A DNA stretch of 64,000 bases from an uncultured Planctomycetota bacterium (lineage in GTDB: Bacteria > Planctomycetota > PLA2 > JAEUHO01): contig CAVVXN010000002.1 in assembly GCA_963752285.1 (NCBI GenBank), positions 64,001 to 128,000 of the forward strand, given 5' to 3'. Positions 10,046 through 21,217 of this stretch are shown piece by piece (within the stretch, counting starts at the first letter, position 1; every line of letters starts with the position of its first letter). A model generated the notes under the pieces. It was not told the origin of the DNA. It did no database searches and saw nothing but the letters and a program-made list of their open reading frames with translations. A program made the translations under genes and the position numbers.

Positions 10046-10909
10046 CTAGGCGGCCAGGAGCGCCGCGGCGCCGAGGACCAGCGTCATCACGCCGATCGCG
10101 ATCCGGAGGCCCTTCACCGGCAGCGCGCGGACCGAGAGCACGGCGAGCGGGACCGAGAGCATCGAGCCCACCACGAGCGGAAGCGCCAACCTGGCGTCGA
10201 TCCCGACGCTCCACGCGTAGATCGCGAAACCGAGGAAGCAGGTCATCCCCTCGGCGAGCGCGGTGATGCCGATCGCGCTCTTCGCGTCCACGCCCGACAC
10301 GAGCTGCCCGCCCGTCACGATGGGGCCGTACCCGCCGCCCGACAGCCCCTTGTTGAACGCGGCGACCGAGCCGAGGACCCAGATGCGGCGCCACGAGAAG
10401 TGGATCGTGCGCCGAATCGTGACGAGCGTGACGACGCCCACGGCCACGATCACCACGGCGATCGCGGCGCGAAGCACCCCGGTCGATAGGCGCACCGCGA
10501 TCGAGGACGCGACGATCGTGCCCACGACGCTCGATCCCGCGAGCACGAGCGCGATCTTCCGCGCCCGCGTGCCGCGCCGAAAGCTCACGTTCCCCGCGCC
10601 GTGGTGGAGGAAGGCCGACGTCACCCCCGTGAGGAGCTGCGAGAGGAGCACCGCCGGGACGATCTGGTGCGCGGCGTGACCGAGGAGGAGGAGCAGCGGG
10701 GTGAGGGTCGTCCCGTAGCCCATCCCGAGCGTCGCGTCCACGTACTCGCAGACGAACGCCGCGGCCGCGACCGCGAGGGCGTCGGTCGTCAGGAGTCCCC
10801 GGGCCGTCTCGAGGATTCGCGCCTGGACCTCCGGAGGGGCCGCCTCGATCACGAGCGCGCCCGCGGCGGCCATGAGGACGGTCGCCCAGAGGAAGTACGC
10901 GGCCTTCAT
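10046..10909 (-). CDS. sulfite exporter TauE/SafE family membrane protein
   Basis: Multiple TM helices, with DATLGMGYG and GLSGGGYGP motifs. Confidence 0.85.
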   Translation of the reverse strand: MKAAYFLWATVLMAAAGALVIEAAPPEVQARILETARGLLTTDALAVAAAAFVCEYVDATLGMGYGTTLTPLLLLLGHAAHQIVPAVLLSQLLTGVTSAFLHHGAGNVSFRRGTRARKIALVLAGSSVVGTIVASSIAVRLSTGVLRAAIAVVIVAVGVVTLVTIRRTIHFSWRRIWVLGSVAAFNKGLSGGGYGPIVTGGQLVSGVDAKSAIGITALAEGMTCFLGFAIYAWSVGIDARLALPLVVGSMLSVPLAVLSVRALPVKGLRIAIGVMTLVLGAAALLAA

Positions 10910-11437
10910 CGACCCTCCGGCCCGCGGGGCCCTTCGGCGGACCCGGCGAACCTACCCCCTGATCGGTCCATTGGCGCCCGGGCCCGGAGTGGCCCCCGAG
11001 CGGCGCCGGTGCGGCGCCGTGGCGGGCCCGGAACGGCGCCGGCCGGGAGGGGCCCCCCCACGCGAGGCGTTGCCCCTCCGGCGGGGCTCGTTTTGCCCGC
11101 CGAGGTGCCGCCTTCGACGAGCGACGGGCTCGCTGATCGAGGGGGTGCAGGGCGTCCCCGAACGGACCCGACGTTCAGAGGATTGGACACTCGGCGAGCC
11201 GGACTCGAATCGGCAGCGCGAGGTGCATCGGTCGGCTTCGCGTCCGTCGCGGGTTTCCTCCGGGGCGCTCTGCGGCTCCGGCCCGAGGACCGCGAAACGC
11301 AGGGCAGAAGCGCTCGGCGGGCAAATTCACAGCGGATCGGACCGCTTGACGCGGTCGGGCGCGAGCGGTACTGCTACGCGCAACGAACCCCGGTCCCCGA
11401 CTTCGCGATGGACCGCAGGGTCACCCTGAGGGCAGGA

Positions 11438-12049
11438 ATGAAGAAAACGACGCTGATTCTCGCTGTCCTGGGAGTCGCTCTGCTCCCCGCCACGGCCTTC
11501 GCCGACGCGTTCCAATTCGCCGACAGCTTCGCGGTCGGTCCCGGATCGAGTGGGTCCGCGTCGATCACGATCCACGGAAGTGGCGGCGCCTACGATCCGG
11601 CGGGATCGGTCGATGTCTCGGGTTCTGGCGCATTCAACAGCGCGGTGATCGACGCCCAGTGGGACAGCCCCGTCTCCGCGGCCCTGGGGCCGGACCTGAT
11701 TCTGTGGTTCGGCGGCATCACGGCGAGTCAGGGCGCCTTGGAGCTGACGAGCGTGGCGGTGAGCGAGGACGGGTCTACCTTCAGCACGCAGACCTTCGGC
11801 AGCTCGATCAGCTCGTCCTATGCGAACGGTTCGTATCTGATCAACTTCGACGACTCGATGGTTCCGGTGAGCAGTCGCGACCAGATCGTCGCCGCGCGGT
11901 TCACCTTCACGTATTTGGGGTCCACGACGTTCAACCTCGATGGCGTCGCGACGGTTCCGGAGCCGACGGCCTTCGCCTTGTTCGGGCTGGGCCTGTTCGG
12001 CCTGGGCGGCGCGGCCGTCCGTCGCCGGAGGCGGTCGAAGACCGCCTGA
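11438..12049 (+). CDS. PEP-CTERM surface protein
   Basis: MKKTTLILA signal peptide and VPEPTAFALFGLG-RRRRR tail. Confidence 0.85.
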   Translation: MKKTTLILAVLGVALLPATAFADAFQFADSFAVGPGSSGSASITIHGSGGAYDPAGSVDVSGSGAFNSAVIDAQWDSPVSAALGPDLILWFGGITASQGALELTSVAVSEDGSTFSTQTFGSSISSSYANGSYLINFDDSMVPVSSRDQIVAARFTFTYLGSTTFNLDGVATVPEPTAFALFGLGLFGLGGAAVRRRRRSKTA

Positions 12050-12458
12050 CCGAGACGCACGAGTCGCGAGCGGATCGCGGCCGCGGTCGCCGCGGCCCCG
12101 GTCCGACGAGCCGGGGGCTGGTCGTCTTCGGGGTCGGCGGGACGCCCCGTCTCTCCGGCACGGGACGTCCGGGCTTCCGGAAGGCGCTGGAGACGGCGCC
12201 TGCGGGCCCGCCCTCGCGAAGAAGACGGGGGCGCGGGTCCGCCGCCGCCGCTCGATGCGTGTTCGCGCAGCGGGTGGCCAGCGGCCCCGCGCGGGCGTGC
12301 GTACGAGGGAGCCCCTCTCGGCCGAGCCCCAAGGCCCGATGCCCTCGCCCCGGGCTCGGGCGCCCGGTAGAAGGCTCGGGGAGACGGCGTCGGACCTCGA
12401 AGGCCGCTTCCTCCTCTCTCCCGCCCGGCTTCGCGACCGATCCTCGGGATAGGACCCC

Positions 12459-15400
12459 ATGTGCGGAATCGTCGCCATCCTGAGCCGGGCCCCGACCCGA
12501 CCGCCCCCCGACGCCGGGGTCGTGGCCCACGAGGTCTCGCGGGCCGCCGAGGCCCTCCTGGAGGGCCCGCTCGAGGCGGGGCGCCTCGCGTCGCCGATCG
12601 AGGCGATCGAGCGGGCCGGCCTCTCCCTTCGCGGCGGTGCGGGCTTCCTCGCGCTCCGCGGGGGAGCCGAGGTCCTCCGGGAACCCTCCCTCCGCCTCGA
12701 CCGGGCCGTCCAGGGCCTCGAGGAGCGCCTCGACCGGGAGGCGGGGACGCTCCCCGCCGCGACCGTCGAGGCCGTGAACGCGCTCCTCGTCCGCGCGAAG
12801 GACCAGGCCTTCCGGCTCGGCCGCGACCGGCTGGGCAACGTCTCGAAGGTCAAGGCCCTGGGGCCGGAGGCGAAGGAGGTCGCGCACCTCCGTGTCCTCT
12901 ACGACCTGAATCTCGCGTTGAACGCGCTCGACCGCCTCGAGGTCCGGGGCCGTGACTCCGCGGGGATCCACCTCCTCGTCCGAGGCGCCTCCGCCGCGCT
13001 GCCCCCGAACCTCGAGGACGAGCGCCGGCGGCGCGAGGCGATCACCGACTTCAAGAGCGACGCGGTCCGGCTCGCCCACGACCCCGCCAGGCGCCCCGTG
13101 TGGTCGTTCGTGTGGAAGGTCGCCGCCGAGGTGGGGGAGCTCGGCGACAACGTCCGCGCGCTCCGGGCGAAGATCGCGAAGGACCGGCTGCTCCACACGA
13201 TCCTCTCCCAGCCCGGCGTCGAAGCCGACGTCCTCGCGCACACCCGGTGGGCGAGCGTCGGGGTGGTGAGCGAGGAGAACGCCCACCCCCTGAACCAGGA
13301 GCAGGCCGTTTTGACCCCGCTCCCGTACGCCGTCGCCGCCCTGAACGGCGACGTGGACAACTTCGCGAAGCTGATCCAGGAGGAGGAGCTCCGGCTCGCT
13401 CCCGCCATCACGACGGACGCGAAGGTGATCCCGTCCCTCACGGCGACGCTCATGGCGCGCGGCGAGGGGGCGAGCGAGGCCTTCCGGAGGGCCGTTCGGC
13501 GCATGGACGGCTCCGTGGCGATCGCGTGCCAGACGGCCGCGGCGCCCGGGCGGCTCCTCCTCGCTCTCCGGGGCAGCGGCCAGGCGCTCTACGTGGGGCT
13601 CGCCGAGGACGCCTTCATCGTCGCGTCCGAGCCGTACGGGATCGTCGAGGAGACGGCCTCGTACGTCCGCCTCGACGGCGAGACGCCGGCCGCTTCCGAC
13701 CGTCCCGAGAGTCGCGGGCAGGTGATGATCCTGGACGCGGAGCAGCGCCGGGACGCTCGACGGCATGACGCGTCTCGCCTACGACGGGAACGCGCTCGCG
13801 CTCTCGTCGGGCGACGTACAGAGCGTGGACATCACGACCCGCGACGTCGATCGCGGTCCCCACCGCCACTTCCTTCGAAAGGAGATCCAGGAGGCGCCCG
13901 ACTCCGTCCGAAAGACCCTCCGCGGCCGCCTCGTCGAGAACGAGAAGCGCCTCGAGGTGCGGCTCGGCGAGGACGTGTTGCCGGAGCGGATCGCCTCGCG
14001 CTGCCGGGCGGGGAAGATCCGGCGGATCCTCGTGATCGGTCAGGGGACCGCGGCGGTGGCCGGCCGCGGCGTGGCCGGGCTGCTTCGCTCCGCGCTCGGG
14101 GACGCGGTCGAGGTCGAAGCCATGCCGGCGACCGAGCTCTCGGGATTCCACCTCGCGCCCGACATGTCGGCCGACCTGATCGTCGCGATCAGCCAGTCGG
14201 GCACCACGACCGACACGAACCGGACCGTGGACCTGCTCCGCGCGCGCGGCGCCTCGGTCCTCGCGATCGTGAACCGCCGGCAGAGCGACTTGACGGAGCG
14301 GGCCGACGGCGTCCTCTACACGTCCGACGGCCGCGACGTGGAGATGTCGGTCGCCTCGACGAAGGCCTTCTACAGCCAGATCGCGGCGGGCGCGCTGCTC
14401 GGCGTGGCGCTCGCCGAGGCCTTCGGAACGCCGGACGAAGCGCAGAGCCAACGGCTCCTCCGGGCCCTCCAGGACCTGCCTTCGTCCATGCGCGAGGTGC
14501 TCGCGGTGGAGGGGAAGGTCGGGGAGGCCGCGCGGGCCACGGCGCCCTACCGGCGGCACTGGGCGCTCGTCGGGAACGGCCCGAACGCCGTCGCGGCCGC
14601 CGAGATCCGGATCAAGCTCTCCGAGCTCTGCTACAAGTCGATCGCCTGCGACCAGACCGAAGACAAGAAGCACATCGACCTCTCGAGCGAGCCGCTGATC
14701 CTCGTCTGCGCGGCCGGCGTGGCGGGGGGGAACCAGATCGACGTCCAGAAGGAGGTCGAGATCTTCAGCGGCGCACAAGGCGTGTCCGGTCGTGATCGCG
14801 ACGACGCGGCAGCGGTCCGTGGCGCAGCGCCGCCTTCGTGATCGAGGTGCCCGACGCGGGTCCGGACCTGACCTTCGTGCTGACCACCATGGCGGGCCAC
14901 CTCTTTGGCTACCACGCGGCGCTCTCGATCGACGCGCTCGCGCTTCCGCTTCGCGAGGTGCGCGGGATCGTGGAGAGCACGGTCGCGTCCTCGAACGGTC
15001 ATCCCCCGCTGGAGCGGATCCGGCGAAGACTCCTCCCGTCCTCCCGCCAGTTCTCCAGGGACCTCGCGTCGGGCCGCTACGACGGCGCCCTCGACGCCCG
15101 CGACGCCTCGCGCCTCTCCCTCGCCTTCCGCTACGCGGGCGGCGTCGTGCCGCTCGAGTACTTCGCCGACGACTTCGGTCGTCCCGGGACGCCCGACGCG
15201 GCCCTGGAGGAGCTCGTCGGCTCGCTCACGTCGGGCATCGAGAGCCTCACGCGGCCGATCGACGCGATCAAGCACCAGGCCAAGACCGTGACCGTCGGCA
15301 TCAGCCGGACCGACGAGGCCCTCCTCCAGGTCCCGCTCGTCCGGGCCGTCCTCGCGGCGGGGACCTCGCTCGGGCGCCTCGCGTACCCGGACCTCGGTGT

Positions 15401-15887
15401 CCTGCAGGCGCTCGACCCGGCCGTCGAGGAGGTCCTCGGCTTCACGCGCTACGCCATCGACGAGGAGGACGGAGAGAAGCGGGTGCGGATCGTCGGCCGC
15501 GGCGGGATCAGCGAGGGGATGCGAAGCCGCACGGAGTCCGACACGCGCCTTCGCGGCACCAAGAACACCGTCGCCCTCGAGAAGCAGGTGCTCGTGGCGG
15601 TCGGCCGCGGCGACCGCCGCCCGATCGTGCTCGTCCCCGAGCGCGAGAGCGGCCTCTGCGTGGGGATCGTGCTCCTCCACGTGCGCTTCCGGGACGGTCT
15701 CGACGCCTCCACGACCCGGACCGTCCTCGCAGGCTATCGGAACCGCTACCAGTTGATCCGCGACGCCGTGGTCGAGGCGGGCGGAACCCTTCGCGACGAG
15801 GACCTGGTCCGCCAGGGAGTCCTCGCGCTCCTGACCGAGCCCGTGCTCGTCGTGGCCGACCGGCTCGCGAACGGCGGCGCCTCGTGA
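12459..15887 (+). CDS. extended GlmS-like glutamine amidotransferase/SIS protein (frameshifts near 13745 and 14770-14835)
   Basis: MCGIV N-terminal nucleophile, RGRDSAG, HTRWAS, NAHP, LNGDVDN, ISQSGTT and SVASTKAF motifs, then a second SIS domain and a long C-terminal extension. Confidence 0.8.
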
Positions 15888-16294
15888 GTTTTCTGCGTTC
15901 GAGTGCATGGCGGCAGCGGCTCCCGGCCGTAGCGCGGGTCCTCCTCGTCGTCGCGGTCGTGTTCACGACCTACATGGCGCTCTCGCCCCGCGCGGGGCGA
16001 ATGGTCGCCTCGTTGAACGACAAGGTCCTCCATGCGCTCGCCTTCCTGACCCTCTCCCTCCTTACCGACCACGCCTTCCCCTCGCGGCGGTTCAACTGGG
16101 TCCCGATGACGCTGATCCTCTCGTACGGCGCCGCGATCGAGGTCGTGCAGCGCTTCGTCCCCGCGCGTACGTCGTCCTGGAAGGACCTCGTGGCGGACGT
16201 GATCGGGATCGCCCTCTACTGGCTGATGGCCCCGAGGATCCGAGACCTCTCGGGCCTCGCCCCCGCGCCGTCCGCCCCGCCGCCCGAGGGGTAG
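15884..16294 (+). CDS. VanZ family membrane protein
   Basis: DKVLHALAF, IEVVQRFVPAR and DLVADVIG motifs; GTGA overlap with the upstream stop. Confidence 0.85.
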   Translation: MSFLRSSAWRQRLPAVARVLLVVAVVFTTYMALSPRAGRMVASLNDKVLHALAFLTLSLLTDHAFPSRRFNWVPMTLILSYGAAIEVVQRFVPARTSSWKDLVADVIGIALYWLMAPRIRDLSGLAPAPSAPPPEG

Positions 16295-16431
16295 GCCTCG
16301 GGCGCGGGAGAGGCGTACGCCTCGCCCCCCGCCTTCGTCGGGTGCGGGCGCCCCCGTTGCGTGCTCGAGGGCGGAACCCTAGACTTCGCGGCCGCTGCGA
16401 TCGAGTAGATCTACAGGAGTCACCGTCCAAG

Positions 16432-17439
16432 ATGGAGCAGGGGTCGCCCTATCCGCCCGTTTCGGTGGTCATCACCGTCTACGAGCGGATGGCGTACCTC
16501 GCCGATGCGCTCGATTCGGTCCTGGGGCAGGACTACGCGGGCGTCACCGAGGTCATCGTCGTGGACGACGGATCTTCGACGGACGTGGCCCTGCGCTTTC
16601 GTGACCGATACCCGAGCGTGCGCTGGCTCCGGCAGCCGAACCTCGGCGTGTCCGCAGCGCGGCAGGCCGGCACCCAGGTGGCGTCGCACGACCTGATCGC
16701 CTACCTCGACGACGACGATCTCTGGCACCCGGAGAAGCTCCGGCGTCAGGTCGATTTCCTCGCGCGCCATCCGGAGCTCGGGCTCTCGTACACCGACTTC
16801 GGTGGATCGGGCGAGCTGGATCGCCTGCACGGTGGGCTCTTCGCCGCGAAGAAGCTGCTGGCGTCCACCCCCGCAACCCGCGATTCCGGGTCGGACCCCG
16901 GCTTCGTGTTCCCACGGGACGCGCTCATCGACTTCACGATGCGGGTCCTGCCGCTCTCGCCGTGCACGCTGATGATCCGTGCCGGCACGCTTCGGTCGCT
17001 GGGAGGCTGGGATGCCCGCGTGGGGAACTTCGCCGACTGCCACGACTTCCTCCTCCGGGCGAATCACGAGCACGAGGTGGGTTACGTCGCGCTTCCGCTC
17101 ACGGGCGTTCGGCGGGGGCACGAGGTCCATCTGACCGTCGATGCGGACATGACCCGCTACTGGGAGTGTCTCGGCCTCCTCCGGGCGCTGGATCGCTACG
17201 ATCCCCGCCTCGCGGAGCGGGTCCGCCCCGGGCTGGAGGGCCTGTTCGAGCGAACCGCCGGGCGGCTCCGGCGGGCGGGACGCCATGCCCGCGCGGCCAA
17301 GCTCTATTGGACGCTCACCCGGGCCTACGGGTGGAGGCCGAAGCGGTTCGCACAACTGGCGCTCTCCGCCGGCTTGGCGCTCGCCAGGGGACAGGGGCGG
17401 ACCCCTAGGACCAGGACCCGCAGCCGCGCGGCCGGCTGA
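16432..17439 (+). CDS. glycosyltransferase family 2
   Basis: VSVVIT, VVDDGSS, NLGVSAAR and YLDDDDLW motifs. Confidence 0.9.
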   Translation: MEQGSPYPPVSVVITVYERMAYLADALDSVLGQDYAGVTEVIVVDDGSSTDVALRFRDRYPSVRWLRQPNLGVSAARQAGTQVASHDLIAYLDDDDLWHPEKLRRQVDFLARHPELGLSYTDFGGSGELDRLHGGLFAAKKLLASTPATRDSGSDPGFVFPRDALIDFTMRVLPLSPCTLMIRAGTLRSLGGWDARVGNFADCHDFLLRANHEHEVGYVALPLTGVRRGHEVHLTVDADMTRYWECLGLLRALDRYDPRLAERVRPGLEGLFERTAGRLRRAGRHARAAKLYWTLTRAYGWRPKRFAQLALSAGLALARGQGRTPRTRTRSRAAG

Positions 17440-17506
17440 CCGGAGCGTCGCGCCGCGGCGCTGCGACCCGTCACGCTCCCGCCGCGCGTCCGTCGCCGGA
17501 TGGCTT

Positions 17507-17600
17507 TCAGGCCTTGCGGCCCCACCGGCGCCGCCAGAACGCGCCACCGCCGATCGCGAGGGCGAGAAGCGCGAAGGAGATGGGCCCGGGCACACGGGAT
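17507..17600 (-). pseudogene. orphan PEP-CTERM-like C-terminal tail
   Basis: VPGPISFALLALAIGGGAFWRRRWGRKA*, with no convincing upstream coding sequence. Confidence 0.4.
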
Positions 17601-18020
17601 TGGCCCCGGGCGGGGGCGGTGTCGGTCGGCGGGGCGCAGAGGTGCCGCCCCGGGCAACCATGGTCCGCGCGGCCGCCCGGCTCGCCCCCTCGCCCGGGCC
17701 GCGCGCCAGAGGTCGCGGGCCGAGGGTCGCGATGTGGTCTGGGTCCCCGGATCGGCGCTTCGAGCCGTCGCGTCGCGTCGAGAGCCAGTCTTGCCGGGTG
17801 AAGAGCAGCGCTCCTGCAGGCTGCGGCGGGCTTGACGTGGGAGGTCGCCCCGGAACCCGCCGGCCGTCGGGCGTCATGTCGTTCCCGGATCCCCGGGTTC
17901 CCAGCAAAAGAGAGCACGGCGCGGCCCATCCAAATCATGGCCGTGATGTTCGTACGCGCCCCTTTCGCCCCGTGGGCGGTCCGTTGGGCGCGGGAACACG
18001 CCGGCCTGGGAGGGAGTTCG

Positions 18021-18689
18021 ATGGGAGGGATGCGGCTCGCGATCTGCGCCGGGCTTTCCGGCCTGTCCCTGCTCGTTCTTGCCGCGGGAGCGCGGGCGGA
18101 CTCCTTGGCGGAGTCTGGTGACGCAGGTTCCTCCCTCGCGACCTCCGAAGCCGTGGGCGCAGGGATCGACTCCATTACGGGATCGCTTTCGGTCCTCGGC
18201 GACGTGGACATGTACGAGCTGAACCTGGACGCCGGGTTCTTCTTCGCCTCGACGGTCGGCGGCTCGTCCGTGGACACCCAGCTCTACCTCTTCGACAGCG
18301 CCGGCTACGGAGTCGTGGGCAACGACGATTACGACCCCTCGAACTCGGGCGGGCTGCAGTCCCGCATCGAGGCCACGCTCACGGCGGGCACCTACCACCT
18401 CGCCGTATGCGCGTACGGCTACGACCCGTTCAGCTCGGGCGGTGCGATCTTCCCCGACTCGGCCACGACCGGATCCGACCCGTTCTGGGCGCCGACCGGC
18501 GCCGGCGGGGGCGCGCCGCTTTCCTACTGGGCGGACGCGAACGGGGACCACAGCACCACGCAGACCGGTGCGTACACCATCTCCCTGACATCGACTCCGT
18601 CGCCGGTTCCCGAGCCCGGGACGATGGCGTTGCTGGCGGTGGGCCTCGCCGGTTTGGGCCTTCGTGGGTGCCGAGCCCGCGTCGCCTGA
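18021..18689 (+). CDS. PEP-CTERM surface protein (DVUA0089/PPC-like domain)
   Basis: Signal peptide, DTQLYLFD...NDD, LTAGTYHLAV and VPEPGTMALL tail. Confidence 0.85.
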   Translation: MGGMRLAICAGLSGLSLLVLAAGARADSLAESGDAGSSLATSEAVGAGIDSITGSLSVLGDVDMYELNLDAGFFFASTVGGSSVDTQLYLFDSAGYGVVGNDDYDPSNSGGLQSRIEATLTAGTYHLAVCAYGYDPFSSGGAIFPDSATTGSDPFWAPTGAGGGAPLSYWADANGDHSTTQTGAYTISLTSTPSPVPEPGTMALLAVGLAGLGLRGCRARVA

Positions 18690-19027
18690 GGTTCCTTGCT
18701 TCGGGGGCTGGCACCCCGGACAGCATTCGACACGAGCTCCGCGAGGTTCTCTCGCGGAGCTCGCGTCATTTTGGGAACGGGATCCGCGGCGGCCGGCCGA
18801 CCGTCGGGTGCCGACCCCGGGCCCCTCGGATTCGTCACCACCTTCCCGGCACGTTGGCAGCCGACCGCGCGCTTCCCGATCTACTCTCGGGCTCGGTGAG
18901 GACGGTGGGCCGCTCAGCCGACCGCGGTGTGCCCCTTTGAGCCAGGATCCTGCTGTGGTCCCCGGCACGCCGCGGCGTTGACAGGGGCGAGTTCCTCCTC
19001 GACCCTGGCGAGGGGGACGGAGGTCTC

Positions 19028-19459
19028 ATGGCCAGGACGACAAGCATCACCGAGGCGATCGTGAGTCTGATCCAGACCGTGGAGGACGTGGTCCGGCGGT
19101 TCGGCGACAGGCTCGAGCGAGGCGACGGATCCGCGGAGGCCGCCGGAGAGGCTTCGATGCCTCGCCGCGCCCGGCTTCGGGCTCCGCGCGTCCCGGCAAC
19201 GGAGGGCGATGCGCCGGCGTCCGGCGCCCGGGCGTCCCGCCCCCCGAAGGCCCAGGCGAAGTCGAAGAAGCTCCGCTCGGCTCTCAAGAGTCACTGGGCG
19301 AACATGACGCCCGAGGAGCGCGCCGCCCGCATCGCGAAGATGCAGGCCGGCCGCACGAAGGGGAAGCCGCGGGCGGCCGCCGCCAAGCGCCGAAAGGCGA
19401 GCCCGAGGCGCACGCGACCTGCCGCGGCGCCGACGGGCCAGGAGATCGGGAACGGTTGA
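19028..19459 (+). CDS. small basic K/R/A-rich protein, paralogue 1
   Basis: GGAGG RBS. Shares its N-terminus and KLRSALKxHWANMTPEERAARIAKM with 37861-38220. Confidence 0.75.
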   Translation: MARTTSITEAIVSLIQTVEDVVRRFGDRLERGDGSAEAAGEASMPRRARLRAPRVPATEGDAPASGARASRPPKAQAKSKKLRSALKSHWANMTPEERAARIAKMQAGRTKGKPRAAAAKRRKASPRRTRPAAAPTGQEIGNG

Positions 19460-19846
19460 CCGGGCGTTTCCGGCGGCGGCGCGGAGGCCTCCGAACGGCC
19501 CGCACCACCACGTGCGCACTCGCTTTCGCGTGATCCGTCTCGAGCCGCGTTGAGGGTGTGCCTGGGGCGGCCGGAGGGGGGCCCGGGCGGGGCGCCGTCA
19601 CTCGGCGTGCGCCCCGCCTCGGGTCCCTCGGCCGTCGGTTCGGCCGCCACACGCGAGCCGCCATGCGTCGTTCAGCGAACGGTCGCTCTGCGTCGGCCAA
19701 GTACCCGCCTCCGGCTCGAAACGGTGGCCCGTCCTGGACTCGACCGGAGGGCCGCCAAGACCGGCGAAACGGGTCGGGAGTCGATGTTCGCGCATGGCCG
19801 CGTGCGCGGCCGGTTGCCGTCCGCGTGTCACACGCGGTCGAGCGTG

Positions 19847-20835
19847 CTACGCGAGCTTGCGCCGGCGGCGGCGCCGCACCGCGAGCCCCCCCAGCGCCAG
19901 GCCGGTGAGGGCGAGGGTGGCAGGCTCGGGGACGGGGACGGGAGATCCCAGGAGCGCGTACCCGGTGAGACCGCCGGCAGCGAGGGCGGTGTAGCCCGTG
20001 CCGGTGGGAGCGTTGCTGACCTGGCCGTAGTAGTCATAGCCCCACGCGAGGATGCTGCCGTCGGCGGCCAGGGCGTACCCGTTGTAGTAGCCGCCGGCGA
20101 TGGCGGTGTAGCCCGTGCCGGTGGGAGCGTTGCTGACCTGGCCGTAGTAGTCATAGCCCCACGCGACGATGCTGCCGTCGGCGGCCAGGGCGTACCCGGT
20201 GTAGTAGCCGCCGGCGATGGCGGTGTAGCCCGTGCCGGTGGGAGCGTTGCTGACCGCGCCGTAGTAGTCATAGCCCCACGCGACGATGCTGCCGTCGGCG
20301 GCCAGGGCGTACCCGTTGTAGTCGCCGCCGGCGATGGCGGTGTAGCCCGTGCCGGTGGGAGCGTTGCTGACCGCGCCGTAGAAGTCATAGCCCCACGCGA
20401 GGATGCTGCCGTCGGCGGCCAGGGCGTACCCGTTGTAGCCGCCGCCGGCGATGGCGGTGTAGCCCGTGCCGGTGGGAGCGTTGCTGACCTGGCCGTAGTC
20501 GTCATAGCCCCACGCGAGGATGCTGCCGTCGGCGGCCAGGGCGTACCCGTCGTAGCCGCCGCCGGCGATGGCGGTGTAGCCCGTGCCGGTGGGAGCGTTG
20601 CTGACCTGGCCGTAGCCGTCATAGCCCCACGCGAGGATGCTGCCGTCGGCGGCCAGGGCGTACCCGGTGTAGAGCCGCCGGCGATGGCGGTGTAGCCCGT
20701 GCCGGTGGGAGCGTTGCTGACCTGGCCTTGGCCGTCATAGCCCCACGCCGTGATGCCATCCGCCCGCGCCGGTGCCGCTAGACCGACGGCCCCCAGGACT
20801 ACCACGAGCAACCCGATTCCCTTGGTCAGACGCAT
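19847..20835 (-). CDS. PEP-CTERM protein with seven 39-aa RCC1-like repeats, copy A (-1 frameshift near 20672)
   Basis: Signal peptide MRLTKGIGLL...ARA, 7 x 117-bp units (WGYDxxGxVSNAPTGTGYTAIAGGxYxGYALAADGSI[LV]A), and VPEPATLALTGLALGGLAVRRRRRRKLA*. Confidence 0.85.
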
Positions 20836-21217
20836 GTCCATCCTCCAGCTTCCGAAGCGGCGTCGGCCCTCCACCCTTCCGAGGTGCGGTGCCCTCCGCC
20901 TCCAAGAATCCAATGGCGGTTTCCGGCGCAAAGCGGACACGAATGGAGGGTCCTTGGTCCCAGCGCGGCGCGCTCGACCCCTCGCCAATCGGCGCCGCGG
21001 CCGGCCGACCGCCGCGCGGGCCGCGGCAGGCGCCGCGCCCTGGACCTCCACCAGGCTGCCTGGCTGGGCGCGTCGGCGTCAGTCGCCAGCGGAGCATCGA
21101 GGTCGAGCTGGGGAAGCCGCGAGCCTCGCTGCACCTGGTCCTGCGCACACTGGTGGCGCCCGGCATCGAGTTGTGGACCGAGGAGCCCCCGCCGAGTGCG
21201 TCGCACGGATCCGTACC

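Noticed and set aside
1..15887. Frameshifts in cysD, cysNC and the GlmS-like gene as programmed frameshifting or pseudogenisation
   Set aside because: Single-base indels occur throughout otherwise intact genes with no slippery motifs or accumulated stops, so sequencing or assembly error is the simplest explanation.
19980..20750. 117-bp tandem arrays (also 23160-23930) as a CRISPR array
   Set aside because: There are no unique spacers, the unit is a multiple of 3 and encodes a protein repeat, and no cas genes are present.
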